A stretch of 64,000 nt of DNA, taken from assembly GCA_035556795.1 (NCBI GenBank), contig DATMEV010000089.1:12837-76836 (forward strand). Reading direction: 5' to 3'. How positions within the stretch are numbered: position 1 is the first letter of the stretch; each line of letters opens with the position of its first letter. The notes below the pieces were generated by a model. It had not been told where the DNA came from and ran no database searches. It was given only the letters and a program-made list of their open reading frames with translations. Positions 28,841-37,946 of this stretch are shown here, one piece after another. The translations under genes and the position numbers were made by a program. This DNA comes from Pseudolabrys sp. (lineage in GTDB: Bacteria > Pseudomonadota > Alphaproteobacteria > Rhizobiales > Xanthobacteraceae).

Positions 28841-29752
28841 CTATGCCGCCGTGGCGTTCCGCGCGATGACATCGACCAGGCGTGCCGCGGCGGTTTCTGC
28901 GTCGAGGCCGCTGGTATCGACGACGGCGCGAGCGCGCGCGTAGAGCGGCTCGCGGCTCAGCAGGATGGCGCGCAGCTCCTGCATGGCAGAGCGGTCGTCG
29001 CGCATTGGCCGCAGGTCGCCTTGGTCGCGTACGCGTTGCATGTGCTCCTCCGGGCTTGCCTTTAGCCAGATCGCGAAACAGGACGACAGGACGAGGTCGA
29101 AGGTGAGGGGCTCGGCGACGATGCCGCCGCCAGTGGCGATCAGCATCGGCCCCGGCTCGCCGATCAGCCGGCGCAATTCGCTCTGTTCGAGGCGCCGGTA
29201 GCCTTCCTGTCCGTAAAGCGCGAACACTTCGGTGATCGATACGCCGGCGGCGCGTTCGATCTCCTGATCGAGTTCGATAAACGGCCAGCCGATGCGCTGA
29301 GCGGCGATGCGACCGAGGGTCGACTTGCCGGCGCCGCGCAGACCGATCAGCGCCACGCGTTGCGTCGATGCGGCCGTGGCGAGACCGCCGGAGAGGGTGG
29401 CCTTCACCTGCGCAATCTGCTCGGGTGTTGCATCCTGCAACAGGTCGCGCAGCACCAGCCAATCGGAGGAGGCGTCATTGTCGGGCAGCAGGTTGTCGAT
29501 CCGCGTGCCCATCGCCTGCGCGATGCGGCGCAGCAGGATGATCGACACATTGCCCTGGCCGCTTTCGAGCTGCGCGATATAGCGCTCGGACAGTCCCGAG
29601 GCCCGCGACAGCACCTTGCGGGACATGCCGCGCAAGGCGCGCGTGTCGCGCACCCGCTGCCCGAGTTCAGCAAGGAAACGGTCTTCGTGGATATCGGCCT
29701 CGGACACCGCTACGGCGCGGGATGGCGAAGTCTTGGGTCTGTCGTCATGCAT
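28841..29752 (-). CDS. BzdR/BoxR-architecture regulator: N-terminal XRE HTH fused to a shikimate-kinase-like domain
   Basis: HTH LGQRVRDTRALRGMSRKVLSRASGLSERYIAQLESGQGN. C-terminal P-loop kinase-like domain VALIGLRGAGKSTLGR...IELDQEIE...GEPGPMLIATGGG. Start at MHDDRPK (29752) or 29776. Confidence 0.8.
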   Translation of the reverse strand: MHDDRPKTSPSRAVAVSEADIHEDRFLAELGQRVRDTRALRGMSRKVLSRASGLSERYIAQLESGQGNVSIILLRRIAQAMGTRIDNLLPDNDASSDWLVLRDLLQDATPEQIAQVKATLSGGLATAASTQRVALIGLRGAGKSTLGRIAAQRIGWPFIELDQEIERAAGVSITEVFALYGQEGYRRLEQSELRRLIGEPGPMLIATGGGIVAEPLTFDLVLSSCFAIWLKASPEEHMQRVRDQGDLRPMRDDRSAMQELRAILLSREPLYARARAVVDTSGLDAETAAARLVDVIARNATAA

Positions 29753-29761
29753 GATAATGCA
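29748..29761. promoter_or_regulatory. TGCA-N6-TGCA repeat (TGCATGATAATGCA) at the 5' end of the regulator gene
   Basis: Read directly. From memory, BzdR operators in Azoarcus contain TGCA repeats. The site overlaps the candidate start codon of the regulator and would fit autoregulation. Confidence 0.3.
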
Positions 29762-29886
29762 ACATTCCGTTGACATCGATGCCCGTTCTGCCGCTCTATA
29801 GTGGGATATAATACAACAAAACTAAGGGGGGAAGTCGCCATGAATACATATGGCCACGGTTGCCGCGCCGGCAGCGGGGAAGTGTT

Positions 29887-31443
29887 GTGAGCGGAGCCGC
29901 AGACAATGCGGTCAGTGCCCTTCTCGACCGCAACGTTACGGCAGGACGGGGCAGCAAGGTCGCTTATATCGATCCGACGCGGACGCTAACATATGCGGAT
30001 CTCCAGTCCGCCACCTGTCGTTTCGCCAACCTCTTGCAACGTTTTGGCGTGCGTCGCGAGGAACGGATCGCGATGATCATGCTCGACACGGTAGACTTTC
30101 CGATCGTCTTTCTCGGTGCCGTGCGTGCCGGCGTGCTGCCGGTGCCGCTCAACACGATGCTGACGAGCGATCAATATGCCTACATGTTGGCGGATTCACG
30201 CGCCCGTGTGCTGTTTGTGTCGTACGCGCTACTGCCGGCCGTCGAGCCAATCCTGCCAGGCTTGCCCGATCTGCGCGAGATTGTGGTCGTTGGCGGTCCC
30301 CCTGACGATCGTCGCGACTTTACGTGGGCGCTGGCGGCGGAAGCGGACACATTCGAGACAGCCGCAACGCTGGCAGACGAGACGGCATTCTGGCTCTATT
30401 CGTCAGGGTCGACCGGTGCACCGAAGGGTGTACGGCACGTTCACAGCAGTCTGATGGCGACTGCCGACACCTATGCGCGGCAGGTCCTGGGTATCCGCGA
30501 GGACGATGTTTGCCTGTCCGCGGCGAAGCTGTTTTTTGCCTACGGCCTCGGCAATGCGCTGACCTTCCCAATGTCGGTCGGTGCAACGATCGTACTGAAC
30601 CCGGAACGGCCGACACCGGCGACTATGTTTGCGCTGATGCGGCAGTATCAGCCGAGCATCTTTTATGGTGTGCCAACGCTCTTTGCGGCGATGCTTGGTG
30701 ACCCGGCACTTGCCGGTGAGCCCGGATCGGCGCAGCTGCGCATCTGTACATCGGCGGGCGAGGCGTTGCCGGAGCATGTTGGCCTCGCTTGGCGAGCACG
30801 ATTCGACGTCGACATTCTGGACGGTGTCGGTTCGACCGAGATGCTGCACATTTTCCTGTCGAATGCGCCGGACGATCTGCGCTACGGCTCGTCCGGCCGG
30901 CCTGTGCCCGGCTATCGGGTGCGACTGGTCAACGAACAGGCAGCCGATGTGCCAGACGGCGAGATCGGCGAGATGCTGGTCGATGGTCCCTCGGCCGCCG
31001 ACGGCTACTGGAACCAGCGCGACAAGACTCGCGGCACTTTCCTGGGCGCGTGGACGCGTACCGGCGACAAGTATTTCCGCGATGCCGACGGACGCTACAT
31101 CTATTGCGGGCGCGCTGATGACATGTTCAAGGTATCGGGCATCTGGGTCTCGCCGTTTGAAGTCGAGAGTGCGCTGGTCAGCCATCCGGCCGTTCTCGAA
31201 GCGGCAGTCATTCCGGCGAGTGATGCCGATGGTCTGCTGAAGCCGAAGGCGTTCGTCGTGCTGAAAGCCGGCGCATCTGCCGAGGATCTTGACGGCGCGC
31301 TCAAGCAGCATGTGAAGACAACGGTTGGAGCTTGGAAATACCCGCGCTGGATCGAATTCGTCGACAGCCTGCCGAAAACCGCGACCGGAAAGATCCAGCG
31401 TTTCAAGCTGCGCGAGCGCGAGCGCGAGCATCAGCCCGGATGA
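29887..31443 (+). CDS. benzoate-CoA ligase family aryl-CoA ligase (BadA/HbaA-like)
   Basis: Collinear by eye with R. palustris BadA: ERIAMIMLDTVDFPIVFLGAVRAGVLPVPLNTMLTSDQYAYML, FWLYSSGSTGAPKGV, CLSAAKLFFAYGLGNALTFPM, GSTEMLHIFLSN, KTATGKIQRFKLRE. Start ambiguous: GTG 29887 is preferred; the track start is TTG 29860. Confidence 0.88.
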   Translation: MSGAADNAVSALLDRNVTAGRGSKVAYIDPTRTLTYADLQSATCRFANLLQRFGVRREERIAMIMLDTVDFPIVFLGAVRAGVLPVPLNTMLTSDQYAYMLADSRARVLFVSYALLPAVEPILPGLPDLREIVVVGGPPDDRRDFTWALAAEADTFETAATLADETAFWLYSSGSTGAPKGVRHVHSSLMATADTYARQVLGIREDDVCLSAAKLFFAYGLGNALTFPMSVGATIVLNPERPTPATMFALMRQYQPSIFYGVPTLFAAMLGDPALAGEPGSAQLRICTSAGEALPEHVGLAWRARFDVDILDGVGSTEMLHIFLSNAPDDLRYGSSGRPVPGYRVRLVNEQAADVPDGEIGEMLVDGPSAADGYWNQRDKTRGTFLGAWTRTGDKYFRDADGRYIYCGRADDMFKVSGIWVSPFEVESALVSHPAVLEAAVIPASDADGLLKPKAFVVLKAGASAEDLDGALKQHVKTTVGAWKYPRWIEFVDSLPKTATGKIQRFKLREREREHQPG

Positions 31444-31478
31444 CGGCATTGGCATGGCGCGTGTCTATTGAGCCAGCG

Positions 31479-34367
31479 TCAGACGGCGCGTAGCACTGGG
31501 CGCGTTTTCTTCTTGCGCATGCTGTTGAATGCCGGCGGCAGCTTGACGAGCGGTACGGCACGACCGAACAGAAAGCCTTGCACCTCATCGCACCCTTCCG
31601 CCCGCAACTGCTCAAGCTGCTCCTGGTTTTCGACGCCTTCCGCCGTGGTCATGATACCGAGGTTCTTGCTGAGATTGATGATCGCGCGCACGATCAGTTT
31701 GGAGCTGTCAACGGCGGACAGGTCGCGGACAAAGCTGCGATCGATCTTGATCTTGTCGAAGGGAAACTTGCGCAGATAGCTCAACGACGAATACCCGGTG
31801 CCAAAGTCATCGAGCGCGATGCGCACGCCGAGCGCGCGTAACTCGTGCAGGGTTGCGATAGTGGTGGCGCTGTTAGCGAGCAGGACTGACTCGGTGATCT
31901 CGAGCTCCAGGCGTTGTGCCGGCAGGCCCGAGGCGGTAAGGGCACTGCGCACCACCTGCACGAGATTGGGACTGCGGAACTGCACCGGCGACACATTAAC
32001 GGCGACTTTCATGCCTGACGGCCATCGGCTGGCATCGTCGCAGGCGCGCCGCAGAACGCGTTCACCTAGCGATGTGATAAGACCGATTTCTTCGGCAATC
32101 GACACGAACTGTTCAGGTGATACGAGACCGCGCATCGGGTGCCGCCAACGAACCAGTGCCTCGCAGCCACTGAAGCGATCCTTGTCGAGATCATAGAGAG
32201 GTTGATAGAACACCTCGAACTGATCCTGCGACAGGCCCTCACGCAGGTCGAGCTCCAGCGCCCGGCGCGCCTGCAACCGGGCGTCCATCTCCGGCTCGAA
32301 GAAACGCCAGGTGCCGCGGCCATCGGTCTTGGCGCGGTAAAGTGCCACGTCGGCGTTCTTCAAGAGCTTCTCGCTCGATGTGCCGTCGCCCGGCGCAACG
32401 GAGATGCCGACGCTGCAGCCGATGGTGATGCGGTTTCCGTCGATCTCAAAAGGCTTGCTGATGGTGTCGACGACCCGCCGCGCCAACTGGCCGGCATCGT
32501 CCGGCGAATGGACATTGCACTGGACAATGGCGAATTCGTCACCGCCGAGCCGCGCCACCGTGTCCACCTCTCGCACACAGGACAAGAGGCGCTGTGCTAC
32601 CGTTTCCAGCAGCTTGTCGCCGACCGGATGGCCGAGCGTGTCGTTGACCGGCTTGAACTGATCGAGGTCAACGCTGAGTACGGCAAATCCGTTTCCGCGG
32701 TTAGCGTGGCTGACCGCCTGTTCGATGCGTTCTCGGAACAATGCGCGATTCGGCAGACTTGTCAGTGCGTCATGACGCGCCATAAAGGCGATACGGGATT
32801 CCGCCCGGCGCTGCTCCGTGACGTCTTCGTAAGTTGCGACCCAGCCGCCATCGCTGGTGATGGTCTGGCTGATCGAAATCACTTTTCCGCTGCTCAATTC
32901 CTGAAGGAATGGGCGTGGTCCATGCTCCTGAATATGTGCATCGCGGTCCATGACGACGTCGTCGAGCGTCTTTCCGTCGTGGTTCCCGGCCGCGATGCTG
33001 AGCGTCAGAATGTCGATGAACGAAATACCCGGTCGAACCGCTTCCGGCGACAAGTTGAAGATCTCGCAGAAGCGCCGGTTGACCACCTGTAGCTTGTCGT
33101 TCCTGTCGAAAAAACACAGGCCTTGCGACATGTTGTCGAGAGCGGCGTCGAGCCGTAGATTAGTGTCGCGCAGCTTCGCCTTCTGTTCCTTCAGTGCACT
33201 GATATCGCTGAATACGACGATCATGCCGCTGTCGTGAGTCTTGCTGCGGCTGACGCGCAGCCAGCGCCCGTCGGAAAGCTGCGCTTCGCCGGTTATGCCG
33301 TTGTCGTCTTTGCCCGTATCCAAGCTGTTACCATCGTCGGGTTGGGCAGTGTGCGTTTCCGATAGCAGGCCCGGAGAATCATGGAGGAACTCGATCGCCT
33401 GAGAGTTCGCGAGTGTTACTCGACCCTCGGCGCTGAGAACGACGATGCCTTCACGCGAGCTTTCCAGAGAATCCGCAAGTTGCGCTTGCGCCGATCGGCG
33501 CTCGGAGATCTCCCGCTCCATCATTGCCCGGATATTGTCGCGCATCGTACCCATGGCTGTGAGCAGCGTGCCGAGTTCGTCATTACCGCCAGGTCTTATG
33601 GTCACGTCGAGGTCTCCGTCGGCAATGCGCTTGGCGACCGACGAGGCAACGGCGACCGGGCCGATGATCCGCTTTGTCAGCAGCCACGAGACCAGCGCGG
33701 CGAACAGCAGGGCGAGTGCCGTGCCGATGAGATTGAGGCGAATATCCTTCTCGACGGTTCGCAGGGCATCCTGTCGATATAGAAATCCGTCCCCTGCCGT
33801 ATAGTTGATCAGCAGGTCGATTTGCTGATTGACCGTTTCCGCAAGCCCGTCGATTTCGCTCCAGGTGGCGGCATTGCTGCTTGCGTCATGTAGCCGACGC
33901 CGCAGTTTGCTCCATTCGGCCGCCGCTTGCTTCACGTTCTCCGCTGCGTGCGCAGCGCGCGTCGACTGAGACCGATCGGCGGCGACGGTGAGGTCGTCGT
34001 TGAGCGTGTCCATCAGACTTTCGATCTGATTGTCGAGACGCTCCCGTATCACCGGATCGACGCTGGCTTCGCGGCGCAGAAAAGTGGCTTGCACGGCCGC
34101 GAAGTCGGCGGCCGCGGCCCGCGCATAGTTGATCGACATCAGCGTTTCGTCGAAGGTCTTGGTGACGAGCGTGCCGGCGCCGCGAATGCCGAAAGTCGCA
34201 TATCCACCGAGAGTAGCGGTAATTGCGCCGATTGCCAGAAAAGCGAGGAAGATTTGGCTACGGATCGTGCCGTTTCGCCGTTGCAGCCACGTCCTGATTG
34301 TTTGCAGCACCCGTGCCGGCATACATTTCGGTCCCGCGCCCTGAACTGAGATTTCGGGTGCGGGCAT
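31479..34367 (-). CDS. membrane sensor with periplasmic/4-helix input, HAMP, two PAS domains, GGDEF and EAL (c-di-GMP turnover)
   Basis: Two TM helices flank an N-terminal sensor of about 160 aa. HAMP domain (IIGPVAVASSVAKRIADGDLDV). PAS regions. Intact RLGGDEFAIV. EAL domain with CEALVRW, DDFGTGYSSLSYL and KIDRSFV. The alternative start at MPARVL is 45 nt downstream. Confidence 0.9.
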   Translation of the reverse strand: MPAPEISVQGAGPKCMPARVLQTIRTWLQRRNGTIRSQIFLAFLAIGAITATLGGYATFGIRGAGTLVTKTFDETLMSINYARAAAADFAAVQATFLRREASVDPVIRERLDNQIESLMDTLNDDLTVAADRSQSTRAAHAAENVKQAAAEWSKLRRRLHDASSNAATWSEIDGLAETVNQQIDLLINYTAGDGFLYRQDALRTVEKDIRLNLIGTALALLFAALVSWLLTKRIIGPVAVASSVAKRIADGDLDVTIRPGGNDELGTLLTAMGTMRDNIRAMMEREISERRSAQAQLADSLESSREGIVVLSAEGRVTLANSQAIEFLHDSPGLLSETHTAQPDDGNSLDTGKDDNGITGEAQLSDGRWLRVSRSKTHDSGMIVVFSDISALKEQKAKLRDTNLRLDAALDNMSQGLCFFDRNDKLQVVNRRFCEIFNLSPEAVRPGISFIDILTLSIAAGNHDGKTLDDVVMDRDAHIQEHGPRPFLQELSSGKVISISQTITSDGGWVATYEDVTEQRRAESRIAFMARHDALTSLPNRALFRERIEQAVSHANRGNGFAVLSVDLDQFKPVNDTLGHPVGDKLLETVAQRLLSCVREVDTVARLGGDEFAIVQCNVHSPDDAGQLARRVVDTISKPFEIDGNRITIGCSVGISVAPGDGTSSEKLLKNADVALYRAKTDGRGTWRFFEPEMDARLQARRALELDLREGLSQDQFEVFYQPLYDLDKDRFSGCEALVRWRHPMRGLVSPEQFVSIAEEIGLITSLGERVLRRACDDASRWPSGMKVAVNVSPVQFRSPNLVQVVRSALTASGLPAQRLELEITESVLLANSATTIATLHELRALGVRIALDDFGTGYSSLSYLRKFPFDKIKIDRSFVRDLSAVDSSKLIVRAIINLSKNLGIMTTAEGVENQEQLEQLRAEGCDEVQGFLFGRAVPLVKLPPAFNSMRKKKTRPVLRAV

Positions 34368-34496
34368 CGTGAGGCCAACCGCTTAAATTACAGTATTTTT
34401 CATGGATAAAGTATCAGGACGCTTAACGGAGGATTAACTTATCGCCGACGACACTTTATCATCCGGACAGCTGAGGATCAGGGTCAATCAGGCCTT

Positions 34497-34883
34497 GTGC
34501 TAATCGGGTCTTGTACATTGGTGAGATTTGTCGAGAGACAACAGCCGCGCGCCGGCTATTCGCTGGGTGGATTGGCTTTCGTCGCGCTTCTCATTGGCGG
34601 AGTGGCAGGAACGGTGCTTGCCGGCGTCGTTCAGACGGTTTCCCAGAAGGGGCGGGAGTTCCAGCCCGGAGAAATGACGATCAAACGGGGTGAAATGATC
34701 GCGATTGTCAATGACGATGCTGATCTTCTGCATCATGCCTATCTGAAATCCACCGCTTTCAGTTTCGATTCCGGTGATCAAAAGCCGGGGTCCCGGTTTG
34801 AGGTCGCCTTTCCGGAAATAGGGACCTTCACGATCCGCTGCGCGATCCATCCAAAGATGAAACTCGTCGTTAAGGTTCAGTAA
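34497..34883 (+). CDS. membrane-anchored or secreted cupredoxin (amicyanin-like type-1 copper protein)
   Basis: N-terminal hydrophobic segment LGGLAFVALLIGGVAGTVLAGV. Candidate His ligand in LLHHAY. C-terminal CAIHPKM matches the C-x2-H-x2-M ligand loop of amicyanin (CTPHPFM). GTG start. Confidence 0.7.
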   Translation: MLIGSCTLVRFVERQQPRAGYSLGGLAFVALLIGGVAGTVLAGVVQTVSQKGREFQPGEMTIKRGEMIAIVNDDADLLHHAYLKSTAFSFDSGDQKPGSRFEVAFPEIGTFTIRCAIHPKMKLVVKVQ

Positions 34884-34923
34884 GTCGCATTCATAACAGA
34901 CAAGCGATCCGCCGTCCGGCAGC

Positions 34924-35988
34924 TCAAAGGATCGTCGTGTTATAGAGGAATGCGTGCCCGGCATAATAGACGAATAGAAATCCTGCGAGCGCGGCAGCGA
35001 AAGCAGGTGGCAACAGCAGCGGCGCCCGACGTTCCCTGATGAGAACATGGTCATCGGCGATAATCGCAAGTAGTACGGCGATGATCGCGGAATGGCCGAT
35101 GACGTCGATCTTGCCGAACTCAAAACAGGCGCTGATGAACATGCCGGTAAGGATGATTGCCGCGCAGCGCCGGACGAGCGGTGTCCAGAGCAGCGCAAAT
35201 GCAAGGGTAAATTCGATAACCCCGGCCGCTCGCATATAGAACTCCGCGTCGAAGCCTAACGATAGGCTGGGGTGACTGATGAAGAGTGGAAAGCTCCATT
35301 CCGGATAGGCCCATTTCTCGATTGAGGCCCACATCAGCGTCACCGCCGCGCCGTAGCGGATGATGTCCACCGGCCGCACGCCGAAGAGGTTACGTCCCAG
35401 CCCGACAAGGATCAGATAGACTGCAACCGTGAGAAAGATCGGATAATCCGCTAGATGGAAAGCGCCATAATTCCAGACGCCAATTGCGAACAATACGATG
35501 ATGCCGGCGCCGGAGAGCGGCAGGGTTTTACGCCATAGCAGCCCCGTGGCAATCGCCAGTTGCAGCCATGGGATTAGTGCTGAGCTGGTCTTCAATTCCG
35601 GCGTCAGGATGATGCCGCCAAATGTCCAGAGGGCGACGAAGAAGAAGCCGCAGATGCCACGGATGATCAGATCGGTATTGGTGCGTAATCCCGTGGTTGC
35701 CCGGTCGAGACCTTTCAGCAAGGCGATGCCGAGCGGCGTACCTTCGAGAAAACAACCCGTCAGCAGGAAGAAGATCGCCGCCGCTGTCAGTAGTTCAAAG
35801 TCCAGGCACAGGACGTTTTCGAGGCCGCGCGGTTGCCCTGCGACGTCGAAGGCGCAGAACCATTTGACATGAGCGTTGGCGGCGTCCGCACTGAGGCTGG
35901 TGATCAGCACAGCAAAGACTAAGGGCTCTCCGGTCGCCCGCAAGCGGCGGAGGGCCCCGGTGTGCCGGGGAGTGATCATCGAAAACAC
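34924..35988 (-). CDS. hypothetical polytopic membrane protein (about 9 TM helices)
   Basis: Signal-like N-terminus ...VFAVLITSLSADAANAHVKWF followed by repeated hydrophobic helices. GTG at 35988 or ATG at 35979. No family recognised. Confidence 0.6.
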   Translation of the reverse strand: MFSMITPRHTGALRRLRATGEPLVFAVLITSLSADAANAHVKWFCAFDVAGQPRGLENVLCLDFELLTAAAIFFLLTGCFLEGTPLGIALLKGLDRATTGLRTNTDLIIRGICGFFFVALWTFGGIILTPELKTSSALIPWLQLAIATGLLWRKTLPLSGAGIIVLFAIGVWNYGAFHLADYPIFLTVAVYLILVGLGRNLFGVRPVDIIRYGAAVTLMWASIEKWAYPEWSFPLFISHPSLSLGFDAEFYMRAAGVIEFTLAFALLWTPLVRRCAAIILTGMFISACFEFGKIDVIGHSAIIAVLLAIIADDHVLIRERRAPLLLPPAFAAALAGFLFVYYAGHAFLYNTTIL

Positions 35989-36223
35989 GCGCAGGTTATT
36001 TACGATTTGTTCAATTTAACTCAATTTACGTTAAAATCGTTAATCAAGTGAGATCGTAGTTAACGCGGCCGAAACAGCGAATTCCTATCGGAATGGCGCG
36101 TATTTGTTGCCGCGCGTGATCGGAAATCGAGCCAGGGATCGTGGGGATTCGATACAATTTGATGCTTTCCCTGAACCGGTTTTCAGTACGGCTACCATAG
36201 TCTGCCGGCAACGGGAGGCTTCC

Positions 36224-36385
36224 ATGCTCGGCGCGTTCGGGATTGTAGGGACGTTGGCAGCGACGGCGATGGCGCAGATATCGCTGCAGGCGCGGAATTA
36301 TACGGTCCAGTGGGAGACGGCGAGCGGTTTTGCGCTGATTGCCGGACTGGGCTTACTCGGAGCTTCGTTGCCGCGTCTTTGCTAG
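36224..36385 (+). CDS. possible small membrane protein (53 aa)
   Basis: ATG at 36224 lies 5 nt after GGGAGG (36213-36218). Two hydrophobic segments (MLGAFGIVGTLAATAMA..., FALIAGLGLLGASL). No homology recognised. Confidence 0.3.
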   Translation: MLGAFGIVGTLAATAMAQISLQARNYTVQWETASGFALIAGLGLLGASLPRLC

Positions 36386-36566
36386 GTGTGCCGTTAGGCT
36401 CCTGATCGCGACTGTGCGGTTGCGTCGCCCGGTTCTCCGATCACGAAGGCAGGTTTGCATCAGTGCGGGCCGCTTACAACTATTAAGCAGCGGACGGAGA
36501 CGATGTGCCTGAAGCACCGATCAGTATCCGTTTTACTGAAATAGTTTCACGCTTCGCTGGGCTGCG

Positions 36567-37793
36567 TCAGCGCTGTTCGGCGCGGTGTTCGGTTGGTACC
36601 GGAGTAGCTGTCAACGTTTGCAGGAACGCCAGCAGATCGCTTTTTTCCTCGCTGCTCAGATGCAGAGGCCGGATTTCATCCGATCGGCTTGGCCGCTTGA
36701 TCCCACCTTTGTCGTAGAGCGCAATCACCTCGCGCAGTGTTTTGATCGAGCCGTCGTGCATATAAGGTGCCCGGCGTGCGACGTCGCGCAAAGTTGGCGT
36801 CTTGAACGCGTAGCGCAACTTCTCCGATTGTGGGAAATCGCGACCGCGGCCGACGTCGTCGCCGTTGGCCGTGCCGATATCGTGGAATGAGCCGTCGGTG
36901 AAGGACGGCCCGCTGTGGCAGGATGCACAATTTGCCTTGCCGTTGAAAAGGGCGAAGCCCCGCTTAGCCGGCGCGTCGATCGCATTCTCGGAGCCCATGA
37001 CCCAGCGATCGAACGGCGCCTCCCCAGCAATGATTGTCCGCTCGAATGTCGCAAGCGCCAGTTCGATCTTGCGGCGTGTAACCTCCGGCGTGCCGAAGGC
37101 GGCTTCGAACGCTGGCACGTATCGAGGCAGGGCTGCGATCCGATTCACGACCTCGGTGTCAGAGGGCATGTTCATGTTGCCGGGGCTGAGGATGGGCGTG
37201 AACGCTACCGATTCCAGATCGGGGAATTTGCCATCCCAGCCAAGTACCGGGACCGTCCAGATATCCAGCAGGGTCGGGGTGCGTAGCGTCAGCGGTTGCC
37301 CAGTCTCGCCAATGGCGAGGGGGAGTCCGTCGGCCCATGATCGCGATGGCTGGTGGCAGGTGGCGCAGGAATAGGTCCGCGATCTGGAGAGCGCCGTATC
37401 GAAAAACAGCATTTTCCCCAAGCTCGCCTTCGCTTCGCTGAAAGGATTGTCTGGCGGGTATTCGATAGCGGTTGGACGATGAAAGCGCACCCGCAGGTCG
37501 GGCAGCGGCTTGGCATTGGTGGCGACATTTTCCAGTTCGGTGCGCGCTTTCGCCTTCGCCTCAGCGTGTCGAGCTGACGTGGTCGATGCAAGCCGGATTG
37601 TTGCTAGAGCCTGGCGGGCTGGGGCGGATACGGTTCTACCAGTTGGATGCGCCGCCACCGTTTCTGGCAAAAGCTGCCGTATGCCGGCGTCCGGCTGATC
37701 AGGCGCGGTCCCGGTGTTGGTCTGACATCCGAACATCAACGCAAGCGGCGCGAGGGCCGCCGCGAGAACGGCGCGGTAGCGCAAAGGTTCCAT
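36567..37793 (-). CDS. di-haem cytochrome c peroxidase (CCP/MauG family), probable lipoprotein
   Basis: Two CxxCH motifs (CATCHQ, CASCHS). Characteristic FKTPTLRDV and APYMHDGS. N-terminal lipobox LALMFGC. Confidence 0.88.
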   Translation of the reverse strand: MEPLRYRAVLAAALAPLALMFGCQTNTGTAPDQPDAGIRQLLPETVAAHPTGRTVSAPARQALATIRLASTTSARHAEAKAKARTELENVATNAKPLPDLRVRFHRPTAIEYPPDNPFSEAKASLGKMLFFDTALSRSRTYSCATCHQPSRSWADGLPLAIGETGQPLTLRTPTLLDIWTVPVLGWDGKFPDLESVAFTPILSPGNMNMPSDTEVVNRIAALPRYVPAFEAAFGTPEVTRRKIELALATFERTIIAGEAPFDRWVMGSENAIDAPAKRGFALFNGKANCASCHSGPSFTDGSFHDIGTANGDDVGRGRDFPQSEKLRYAFKTPTLRDVARRAPYMHDGSIKTLREVIALYDKGGIKRPSRSDEIRPLHLSSEEKSDLLAFLQTLTATPVPTEHRAEQR

Positions 37794-37946
37794 CGCTGCC
37801 TCGTCTGGCAGAATCAGCAGTTCGCCTTAACAAGTTCTTAGCAGGCGCGGTTGGCTGTGATCTGTGCAGTGATCGGTCAGAGAGGAAACAGCGAGGATTA
37901 AGCACAGGCCGCCCGCGAGGGCGACCTGCCGGCGATGAGCCGTAAG

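Noticed and set aside
27751-29462. Long minus-strand ORFs 27751..28731 and 28377..29462 overlapping the crotonase gene and the regulator gene in other frames
   Set aside because: Arg/Pro/Ala-rich shadows. The annotated frames contain family signatures (crotonase oxyanion-hole region; HTH plus P-loop).
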